This document shows, piece after piece, positions 1 through 6,469 of a DNA stretch of 11,589 bases (position 1 is the stretch's first letter; the number at the start of each line of letters is the position of its first letter). This DNA is from Candidatus Woesearchaeota archaeon (lineage in GTDB: Archaea > Nanobdellota > Nanobdellia > Pacearchaeales > GW2011-AR1). The notes below the pieces were generated by a model. It was not told the DNA's origin and made no database searches. It saw only the letters and a program-made list of their open reading frames with translations. The stretch is taken from positions 1 through 11,589 of the forward strand of contig CAZETU010000010.1 of assembly GCA_964514585.1 (NCBI GenBank), read 5' to 3'. Both the position numbers and the translations under genes were made by a program.

Positions 1-1
1 T

Positions 2-418
2 TTTGTCAAACACAAATTAAAAATAAAATATTATGTTAGATATGTTGATGATTTTGTGATTCTTCATCAAAATAGAGAGCAACTTAATAAGTGGAAGAAG
101 GAGATTGAAAATTTTTTGGTAGAAAAACTAAATTTGGAGTTACATCTTCAGAAATCCAAGGTAGTTTCTTTATCAAAAGGCGTTGATTTTGTAGGGTTTA
201 GAAACTTTTATCACTTTAAACTTTTGAGGAAAAGAAACCTTAGAAGTATGCTAAAGAAAATTGATACTTATGGGGATAAGTTAGTCAGCAAAGAGAAGAT
301 GATGGAAATTTTTCAGGGATGGAATGCCTATGCAAAATGGGCTAACGCTTTCAAATTGCGGAAAAGTATTCTATCTAAAATAAATAAAATTCATATACTC
401 AATCTCGACAATACTTAA
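2..418 (+). CDS. Reverse transcriptase, DGR-type (C-terminal part, 5' truncated by window edge)
   Basis: Frame 2 is open from the window start and reads FVKHKLKIKYYVRYVDDFVILHQN (RT catalytic YxDD), then GVDFVGFR (motif 7) and a short thumb (GWNAYAKWANAFKLRK) before the stop at 418. This layout and motif wording are typical of DGR RTs. The ORF track start at 56 is an internal GTG. Confidence 0.88.
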   Translation, partial: FVKHKLKIKYYVRYVDDFVILHQNREQLNKWKKEIENFLVEKLNLELHLQKSKVVSLSKGVDFVGFRNFYHFKLLRKRNLRSMLKKIDTYGDKLVSKEKMMEIFQGWNAYAKWANAFKLRKSILSKINKIHILNLDNT

Positions 419-600
419 AAAGTCTGCCTGCCCAACAACAGCAACGATAAATAAATATTATCAAAATAAAAATTTGTCCCCTGACGATGCCAAGAGTGGA
501 TGGTCGACGGCGGGAGCATGATTTTTCCTTTAAAAACAAAATCCATTTTGTTGTCACCACTACTTCCTGACAGTAAACACAAAGACATAAAAACCAAAAA
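419..600. other. Non-coding stretch after the RT; candidate DGR template repeat or cis-acting RNA
   Basis: No credible ORF. Contains an AAC-rich run (cccaacaacagcaacgat), a GC-rich patch (about 478-520) and an inverted repeat aacaaaat-cc-attttgtt at 535-552. No matching variable repeat was seen in the window. Confidence 0.25.
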
Positions 601-614
601 GACCTTCTATAAAT

Positions 615-1574
615 ATGACACCAAAAACAGAGAATCCAAAAATCAACGATCTCATTTTCCGAGAATTAATTAAACGAGGATACTCCCTAGAAGGCAATAC
701 AAGAATATGGAACATCGCAGATTCAAAATTATGGTACCTAACTCCGGAGCAAGCTCAATCGTTCTTGGACCTAGAAGAAGAAGAAGAATACAAAAAAACT
801 GTAACCCAACAAGAGCTAGATTTAATTAGCAATAATATAGACGAAATTTTAGGAAAATTCGGGAACGAACCAATTAACATAATTGACATAGGCTGTGGAG
901 ATGGAAAGAAAGCTGCAATGTTAATTGAAAAATTCAAAGGAACAAAAATAAGATATTGCCCAATTGACATAAGTAGTTATATGGTAGAAAAAGCAATAAA
1001 GAGAGTAAATGAAATAAGCACAGTACAAGAAGTTGTAGAATTTCAATGGAATATTTCAGACTTTGAAAATATAGAAAACATTTCCATTTTATTAAGACAA
1101 GGAGAATACAAAAAAAATCTTTTCCTTCTATTAGGAAACACATTAGGAAATTTCGAAATCAATGAACTTCTTTATGAGATTAGAAGCTCAATGAAAGGCG
1201 GAGATTTTCTATTAGTAGGAAATGGACTAGATCATAGGAAGCCAGAGGCAATATTAAACTCATATAATACAGATCATTTCAATAGATTTTCAGTTCATCC
1301 ATTATTACAATTAGGATTAAACAAGGAAGATGTTGAATTCGGGGTCAGATTTAAAAATTCCCGTATAGAATCTTTTTATACAATCAAGGTTCCCAAAAAA
1401 ATATCCTTTTTAGGGAGATCAATGAAATTCGAGGCAGGAGATCAAATAATAGTAATAGTCTCATACAAATACAATAAAGAAGATTTCATAGGCTTTATGA
1501 ATCTTTATTTCGACGATGTTATGGCAAAAGTCTCAGAGGACGGATCATATGCCCTAGCTCTTTGTAAAAAATAA
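615..1574 (+). CDS. egtD: L-histidine N-alpha-methyltransferase family (EgtD-like) SAM-dependent methyltransferase
   Basis: SAM motif I IIDIGCGDGKK, PIDIS, LLLGNTLGNF and GDFLLVG match EgtD-family motifs. N-terminal SKLWYLTPEQAQSFLDLEEEEEY parallels the EgtD 'SKYFYD..GS.LFE.I...PEYY' segment. Substrate not proven. Confidence 0.75.
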   Translation: MTPKTENPKINDLIFRELIKRGYSLEGNTRIWNIADSKLWYLTPEQAQSFLDLEEEEEYKKTVTQQELDLISNNIDEILGKFGNEPINIIDIGCGDGKKAAMLIEKFKGTKIRYCPIDISSYMVEKAIKRVNEISTVQEVVEFQWNISDFENIENISILLRQGEYKKNLFLLLGNTLGNFEINELLYEIRSSMKGGDFLLVGNGLDHRKPEAILNSYNTDHFNRFSVHPLLQLGLNKEDVEFGVRFKNSRIESFYTIKVPKKISFLGRSMKFEAGDQIIVIVSYKYNKEDFIGFMNLYFDDVMAKVSEDGSYALALCKK

Positions 1575-1988
1575 TCACTCCAACCCCTTCTCATTCCAGT
1601 CAACCATTGTTCCATTCCGACCAGCATTCTTTTCGCTAAATCCTTCAGGATACCGCTTCTTCAATTTTTCAACATTACCATCCAAAATCTTCTGCATATC
1701 CCAATCGAAAAAATTGCAAATCATCGCAATGTACCACATCACGTCCCCAATATTTTCCTTTATTCCTTCCTTCTGATCATTATCATGCATAAACGTCTTC
1801 TTAATACAACTCGCAACATCCCCAGCCTCACCAGTAACGCCAAGTCCCCACGTCATTATCTCCTCCTTCGGCGTCTCAAAATCCTTCCGAGCAGTCATCT
1901 CACACGCCTCCTGATACTCCTTCAAGCTCCCAGAATCAACTTTCTCCAAAATCTCCTGTATCTTTTCGACCGCAGTCACCTTATCCAT
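1575..1988 (-). CDS. MazG-like nucleotide pyrophosphohydrolase
   Basis: GLGVTGEAGDV...KK...ENIGDVMWYIAMIC...NVEKLKKRYPEGF is the small MazG-like signature. A TATA box (TTATAAAG on the - strand) lies about 23 nt upstream. Confidence 0.85.
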   Translation of the reverse strand: MDKVTAVEKIQEILEKVDSGSLKEYQEACEMTARKDFETPKEEIMTWGLGVTGEAGDVASCIKKTFMHDNDQKEGIKENIGDVMWYIAMICNFFDWDMQKILDGNVEKLKKRYPEGFSEKNAGRNGTMVDWNEKGLE

Positions 1989-2033
1989 AACAACCCAAAA
2001 TATCTAAACTTTATAACAATTTATATTCTAAAA

Positions 2034-2420
2034 CTAGCATTTCTCAAAAAGCAATTTTGCCAAACCCCGAACATCAGAGAGTCCAAATGAATAAGAAAAA
2101 TCAAGATTGTCAATCAACGCATGGCCCAAAGAATTCTCATCCGCAAAACCATATACCTTATCCACAAATATACGAAACCCATCAATAAATGTCTGATTCC
2201 TAGCAAGCTGAATTCCAACAGGACAAATAATATCAGAGTCAGCAAATTTACCCGCATCAAGTTTCTCATCGGTTTTTAATTCATTCATAAGTCTATTCGA
2301 ATATCCAGAATCGCGACTAGTCCCAGCAACAGCTCCAAACGCAGACTCAATATCTTTTTTGTCCACTGAAATCACAGAGTAACAATCGTCTTTCTCGGGG
2401 ATCAATATTTTAGGTTCCAT
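2034..2420 (-). CDS. Hypothetical protein (128 aa)
   Basis: Open frame with native-looking codon bias. GGAGG lies just upstream of the ATG at 2420 (MEPKIL), so the start was moved from 2462. Confidence 0.65.
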   Translation of the reverse strand: MEPKILIPEKDDCYSVISVDKKDIESAFGAVAGTSRDSGYSNRLMNELKTDEKLDAGKFADSDIICPVGIQLARNQTFIDGFRIFVDKVYGFADENSLGHALIDNLDFSYSFGLSDVRGLAKLLFEKC

Positions 2421-2483
2421 AAAAATACCTCCAAAATTAGTTTTAAAAGAATTATACTCCAATTACAACCAAGGTACAGTTTC

Positions 2484-3665
2484 TCAACTAGTCATAATCT
2501 CAATCCCATCACGATGCTTCAGGGGATGGTCCTTACCAACGGGCTGCTTTGTTCTAACATCAATCGCCTTAACAAACTTATCCCCAATGTCTGTATGTAA
2601 ATGATACGCAAAATCAAGAGCAGTCGAGCCCTCGGCAAGCAAAAAACAATCCGGCAAAACATTACCCTTACTGTCACTCAACTTAGAGCCAGCCGGAAAA
2701 ATCGCAATATACCTCAACAAATCAAAAACAGCCTTATCCAAAACATCCTGAACGCCAGTCGACCCAAAAACCTTCAACACATTCTCCCTAATCGACTCTA
2801 AAGCCACCTTCTGCTTCTCATTAACCTTATCTTCATTAATAACAAAATCACTTGCCCCCTGAGTATACTCAATCATCCCAGCACCAGCAGCCTGCCTCAA
2901 AGAAAGCTCACTATCAGCCGAACAAGCAATCATCATAATATCAGGAAATTCAGCCTTCAACCTCTCAATATTTTCCTTAGCCCCAGACTTATCAATCTTA
3001 TTAGCCGCAATAACCATCGGCTTCGTAGAATGCCTAAGTGTCCGTGTAAAATTCGACAAATCCTCTTCGCTCCAAGTAGCCGGCTTTTCAGAATCCAACT
3101 TCAACTGTATCAAGACAGACTTAATATCTTCCTCACTAACTCTCAGTCCCGAAAACTGCTTAGAAACTGATTTCGCAAAATCCTGCTTCGTCGTCTGAAT
3201 CGTCCTAGAAAACTTATCCCAAACTTTCTCAAATATTCCACGATACCACTTGTTCAATTCATTCTCCAACATTTTCACATCTTCAACAGGGTCCCCAGTT
3301 CCTTCTCTTCCCTCAATATCCGTAGTCCCAGAAGCATCCACAACCTGAATAAACAAATCCGCCTGCCTCAAATTATCCAAAAACTTATTGCCCAAACCTT
3401 TTCCCTCACTAGCCCCCTCGACCAAACCAGCAACATCCATCAATTCAACAGGAACAAATCTAGTCTCTCCAGTACAAAACCCAGTTCTAGGGTTACACTT
3501 AACATTCAACTCTTTACAAAGAGAGTCAACCCTAACATATCCAATCCCATGATTAGGCTCAATCGTCGCAAACGGATAAGAAGCAATCAAAACATCCGAC
3601 AGCGTAGCTGCCTTAAACAAAGTCGACTTCCCACACGATGGTTTTCCTACTAATCCAAGCAACAT
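2484..3665 (-). CDS. ychF: Obg-family redox-regulated ATPase YchF, archaeal type with TGS domain
   Basis: G1 GKPSCGKS, G2 YPFATIEPN, G3 DVAGLV, G4 ANKID, and a C-terminal TGS domain (GSTALDFAYHLHTDIGDKFVKAID). Confidence 0.93.
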   Translation of the reverse strand: MLLGLVGKPSCGKSTLFKAATLSDVLIASYPFATIEPNHGIGYVRVDSLCKELNVKCNPRTGFCTGETRFVPVELMDVAGLVEGASEGKGLGNKFLDNLRQADLFIQVVDASGTTDIEGREGTGDPVEDVKMLENELNKWYRGIFEKVWDKFSRTIQTTKQDFAKSVSKQFSGLRVSEEDIKSVLIQLKLDSEKPATWSEEDLSNFTRTLRHSTKPMVIAANKIDKSGAKENIERLKAEFPDIMMIACSADSELSLRQAAGAGMIEYTQGASDFVINEDKVNEKQKVALESIRENVLKVFGSTGVQDVLDKAVFDLLRYIAIFPAGSKLSDSKGNVLPDCFLLAEGSTALDFAYHLHTDIGDKFVKAIDVRTKQPVGKDHPLKHRDGIEIMTS

Positions 3666-3758
3666 GTTACTAGTGAGAATAGGTAGTTTTTAAAAACTAA
3701 GGTTGGAATCATTGGTAACAATGTATGTACATTTTAATAAAATTTAGGCCCATAATTA

Positions 3759-4052
3759 TCAAAAAGAACGTGAAAGGTAATAAAAAAGCAATAAAACTAC
3801 TATTATCTTAAGAAGTTGTATAATTTGTTGGCTTTCAGTTAATGGTTCCTTGGTTTTTTTTGATTTACCCTTCTCTGTATTCTTAGAAATCTTTTTTGTT
3901 TTCTCTTTCATGCTTTCTCTCTCTATTAATTTTTTATATTTTTCTGGATTTTCTTGCATATCATCAAAACAAGTTCTACAATATTCTCCATCAAAATCTT
4001 CATAGCCCTCCAAAAATCCTAACTTCTTCTTACAGAATTTACAAATACCCAT
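3759..4052 (-). CDS. Small hypothetical membrane-anchored protein with N-terminal CxxC...CxxC Zn finger
   Basis: CKFC and CRTC pairs, a Lys/Glu-rich linker and a C-terminal hydrophobic helix (IIQLLKIIVVLLLFYYL). TTTTTATA lies about 23 nt upstream on the - strand. Confidence 0.6.
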   Translation of the reverse strand: MGICKFCKKKLGFLEGYEDFDGEYCRTCFDDMQENPEKYKKLIERESMKEKTKKISKNTEKGKSKKTKEPLTESQQIIQLLKIIVVLLLFYYLSRSF

Positions 4053-4090
4053 TCAACCAACAAGCTAAAAGACTATAAAAATTTTTAGCA

Positions 4091-4209
4091 TGAGCCTACG
4101 GAGATTTGAACTCCGGACCTCTGGCTTTCTTCGAGTGAAGAAACGATAAGATTCAATTGAATCTCACTCATATAAGACCAGCGCTCTAACCTGGCTGAGC
4201 TATAGGCTC
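4091..4209 (-). tRNA. tRNA-Ile(UAU) with 44-nt intron at canonical 37/38
   Basis: Minus strand reads GAGCCTA-TA-GCTC...GAGC-G-CTGGT-CTTATA|intron|A-GCCAG-AGGTC-CGGAG-TTCAAAT-CTCCG-TAGGCTC-A. The 7-bp acceptor stem is perfect, D, anticodon and T arms are intact, the discriminator is A, and no CCA is encoded. Confidence 0.92.
4127..4170 (-). other. tRNA intron with relaxed bulge-helix-bulge motif
   Basis: Outer helix GAGTGA/TCACTC, two 3-nt bulges, and central helix CTTA/GAAG (3 Watson-Crick pairs plus an A.G mismatch). Contains the perfect 16-bp palindrome agattcaattgaatct. Confidence 0.8.
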
Positions 4210-4230
4210 CCAAAACTAAACAAAGTCGAA

Positions 4231-4240
4231 GATATAAAAA
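4231..4240 (-). promoter_or_regulatory. TATA box of tRNA-Ile
   Basis: TTTTTATATC on the - strand about 22 nt upstream of tRNA position 1. Confidence 0.65.
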
Positions 4241-4274
4241 TCTATCTATGTCGTAAATAAAACATTAAGGTTAA

Positions 4275-4423
4275 AGTGAAGAAACGATAAGATTCAATTG
4301 AATCTCACCCATAAAATGAATTTCGGAACCCAATTTTAATTGGGCGAGAAGATTCGTTTTGTTAATTTTGTTAACAAAATTTAACATAAGACCAGCGCTC
4401 TAACCTGGCTGAGCTATAGGCTC
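4275..4423 (-). pseudogene. Duplicated tRNA-Ile(UAU) 5' half plus intron, with 73-nt insertion and no 3' exon
   Basis: 4386-4423 is identical to tRNA positions 1-36 (4172-4209). 4275-4308 is identical to intron sequence 4134-4167. An extra 73 nt occupies 4313-4385. No T arm or 3' acceptor strand follows. Confidence 0.75.
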
Positions 4424-4429
4424 CCAAAA
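4386..4429. repeat. 44-bp exact direct repeat of 4172-4215 (offset 214 bp)
   Basis: ataagaccagcgctctaacctggctgagctataggctcccaaaa occurs at both positions, with partial similarity (taaacaa, gatataaaaa) continuing at the same offset. Confidence 0.95.
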
Positions 4430-4444
4430 GTAAACAATAAATGA

Positions 4445-4454
4445 GATATAAAAA
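4445..4454 (-). promoter_or_regulatory. TATA box of the duplicated tRNA 5' half
   Basis: The same gatataaaaa as 4231-4240 at exactly the same spacing from the tRNA-like 5' end, although the intervening spacer has diverged. Confidence 0.6.
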
Positions 4455-4525
4455 GCTTGTTATCCTCGATGCAAAACCAACTAAATCATAGCAATTCATT
4501 TAAACCAACCAAACTAAATTTATAC

Positions 4526-4747
4526 ATGAGGTGTAACATAAAAGTACAGCCAAGTTCTGGAAGACAAGAAATCCAAAAATTCATAGACGGCAAAATCCAA
4601 AAAGTATTTCTGAAAAAACCAGCCAAAGACAACAAAGCAAATCAAGAGCTAGAAAAGTTTCTATCAAAGCACCTAAAGAAAAAAGTAATAATCATTAAAG
4701 GTCACACATCAAAAAATAAAACAATAGAGATACTAGATGCCAATTAA
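4526..4747 (+). CDS. DUF167 (YggU/UPF0235) family protein
   Basis: IKVQPSSGRQEI...VFLKKPAKDNKANQELEKFLSKHL...IIKGHTSKNKTIEI matches the family pattern. The start was moved to the ATG at 4526. Confidence 0.85.
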   Translation: MRCNIKVQPSSGRQEIQKFIDGKIQKVFLKKPAKDNKANQELEKFLSKHLKKKVIIIKGHTSKNKTIEILDAN

Positions 4748-5153
4748 ATATCACCAAGCCCCAGATATAAAAGAAATTTCCGAAGAAGTAGTTAAGAAAT
4801 TAGAATGGGACCACGTTCTTCTAGAGCACGTCGCTTTCATTAGAAGCACGGGCTCAAAAGCTAGAAGAACAATAGCAAGGTGTCACGCCCTCGGCAAAGC
4901 AATGCAAATAGGCATGGGCCGAAAAAAAGGATTCTATCTAATCGAAGTAATTTCAGAAAAATTCGACAAATTACCCGACGACGAACAACTAAAAGTAATA
5001 ATCCACGAACTAATGCACATTCCAAAATCCTTCGGCGGCGGGTTCATTCATCACGATAAAGTCCACGACGCATCAGTCGAACACGTCTTCAATCACTACA
5101 CAAAACTAAAAAGACAAGATAATCCTCTAAACGACGAAATAATATGGCTCTAA
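4737..5153 (+). CDS. Putative zinc metallopeptidase (HExxH, archaeal/phage-type)
   Basis: RSTGSKARRTIARCH...YLIEVISEKFDKL...VIIHELMHIPKSFGGG. Overlaps its neighbours as an operon. Confidence 0.8.
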   Translation: MPIKYHQAPDIKEISEEVVKKLEWDHVLLEHVAFIRSTGSKARRTIARCHALGKAMQIGMGRKKGFYLIEVISEKFDKLPDDEQLKVIIHELMHIPKSFGGGFIHHDKVHDASVEHVFNHYTKLKRQDNPLNDEIIWL

Positions 5154-5494
5154 AAAAAATCACCTACTACACTTACGGTAAAAAAAAGTCAATTAAAGTA
5201 GAACTTTGCGATACACCACTTAAAAAATTCTCAGGATTAATGTTCAGAAAAAACTCACCTCCACTACTATTCATCTTCAACAAGAATAAGAATCTCCAGA
5301 TTCATTCTCTCTTTTGTAAACCATTCAAGGCCATCTGGCTCGACGAAAAAATGCATGCAACCAAAATCACCGACGTGAAAAACTGGAAATTAAACATTTC
5401 AGGAAAGGGAAAATATCTTTTAGAGGTTCCAGCACTACCTAAAGATGACAAATCATCGACGGAAAGGCCTAGTGTCAATAACAGAAACATTTAA
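5144..5494 (+). CDS. DUF192 family protein
   Basis: VELCDTPLKKFSGLMFR...LLFIF...IHSLFCKPFKAIWLD...YLLEVP pattern. Confidence 0.8.
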   Translation: MALKKITYYTYGKKKSIKVELCDTPLKKFSGLMFRKNSPPLLFIFNKNKNLQIHSLFCKPFKAIWLDEKMHATKITDVKNWKLNISGKGKYLLEVPALPKDDKSSTERPSVNNRNI

Positions 5495-5553
5495 ATATAA
5501 AATTGCGTTAGGAAAACTAGGAGAGTTAAAAGAGGTAAAAAGGAGGTTAAAAT

Positions 5554-5751
5554 ATGGGAAAAGTAATTGTTAAGAGCGTTGTTGAGCGAAAACCTGGACA
5601 TTTGTATTATGTAGATGGAAAGGGAAACGTTTGCGAGGCTAAGATGGCTCGAGGTGGCAAGAAGAAAAAGAAAGCTGCTAAGAAACCGGCTAAAAAAGTA
5701 GTTAAGAAAAAGCCAGTTAAAAAGAAGCCAGTAAAGAAGAAAAAAAAGTAA
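5554..5751 (+). CDS. Small very basic putative chromatin/nucleoid protein with Lys-rich tail
   Basis: Strong SD AGGAGGT at 5541-5547 and TATA-like tttaaatata at 5490-5499. 25 of 65 residues are Lys. A compact core ERKPGHLYYVDGKGNV is followed by KKPA/KKPV repeats. Confidence 0.8.
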   Translation: MGKVIVKSVVERKPGHLYYVDGKGNVCEAKMARGGKKKKKAAKKPAKKVVKKKPVKKKPVKKKKK

Positions 5752-5787
5752 ATCTTCTTATATTATTTTTTTAATTTTATCATACTC

Positions 5788-5825
5788 AATGAACCTTCTC
5801 CGTTAGGGAGCTGGGGAGGTTCATT
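5788..5825 (+). terminator. Stem-loop downstream of the basic protein gene
   Basis: aatgaacct/aggttcatt (9 bp), extendable to about 13 bp with G-U pairs on the + strand, followed by a T-rich tract. Confidence 0.45.
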
Positions 5826-5905
5826 ATTTTATTATTCTAGCCCCTTTCCATTATCCACTTATTCACTATAACAATCTTTTTTAATTCATTTCTCTGTCTT
5901 TAATT

Positions 5906-6469
5906 ATGAGACAAAAATATTATTCTCTAAGAGAACTAGTTAACATGATAGACGAGCCGAATCAATCTTGTTGCAAGCACTTGTTAGACGACAATGAGGA
6001 TAAAATAAAAAACGCCAAGGGCTCAAAAACAAAACATCAATTCTGGAATGGCGGATACATCGGCCACTTAACCGAAACAATGAACATAGCAATTACAATT
6101 TTTAACTCGCTAAACTCAAACAGAAAATTAGGTTTCTCACTTCAAGATGTCCTTCTAGTTCTCTTTTTGCACGATTTAGAAAAACCCTGGAAGTATTCAA
6201 ACAACGATTCAGACGTCCAATTATGCAAAAGTTTTTCAAGCTCAGAAAAATTCAAAAAATCAATAATAGAAAAATTCAATTTTGAATTAACTGAAGAGTT
6301 ATGGAAAGGTCTAAAACATGTCCACGGTGAAATAAATGACTACGATTCTCACATAAAAATTCAAAGTCCCTTATCAGCCTTCGCACACATTTGTGACAAT
6401 ATCAGCGCAAGAATATGGTTTGACTTTCCAAACGATTCAGACGAGTGGTCTAAGAATCACTTCTCGTAA
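5906..6469 (+). CDS. HD-domain phosphohydrolase
   Basis: H...HD...H...D metal ligands: GGYIGHL, LFLHDLEK, HVHG, AHICDNISAR. Confidence 0.8.
   Translation: MRQKYYSLRELVNMIDEPNQSCCKHLLDDNEDKIKNAKGSKTKHQFWNGGYIGHLTETMNIAITIFNSLNSNRKLGFSLQDVLLVLFLHDLEKPWKYSNNDSDVQLCKSFSSSEKFKKSIIEKFNFELTEELWKGLKHVHGEINDYDSHIKIQSPLSAFAHICDNISARIWFDFPNDSDEWSKNHFS

Noticed and set aside
415-597. 60-aa minus-strand ORF
   Set aside because: No family motifs and no clear SD or suitably placed TATA. Treated as chance in a non-coding gap.
2-614. Group II intron interpretation of the RT
   Set aside because: No recognisable domain V hairpin (GAGCCG...GTACGGTTC-like) downstream, no endonuclease domain, and the motifs fit DGR RTs better.
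755-1143. Minus-strand ORFs 755-970 and 934-1143
   Set aside because: Antisense shadows of the EgtD-like gene.
1785-2801. Plus-strand ORFs 1785-2090 and 2601-2801
   Set aside because: Antisense to the MazG-like gene and ychF. They arise from the C/A-rich strand skew, which depletes stop codons.
3684-3699. Perfect palindrome tagtttttaaaaacta upstream of ychF
   Set aside because: It is mostly a T5A5 run coinciding with the expected TATA box, so a separate operator is not needed to explain it.
3896-4078. 60-aa plus-strand ORF
   Set aside because: Antisense to the Zn-finger membrane protein, with low-complexity composition.
4134-4429. CRISPR array interpretation of the repeats
   Set aside because: Only two copies, fully explained by tRNA and intron sequence, with no regular spacers or cas genes.
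4457-4525. N-terminal extension of the DUF167 ORF
   Set aside because: Family similarity starts at the ATG at 4526. The extension begins at a TTG next to the tRNA-copy promoter.
5302-5490. 62-aa minus-strand ORF
   Set aside because: Antisense shadow of DUF192.
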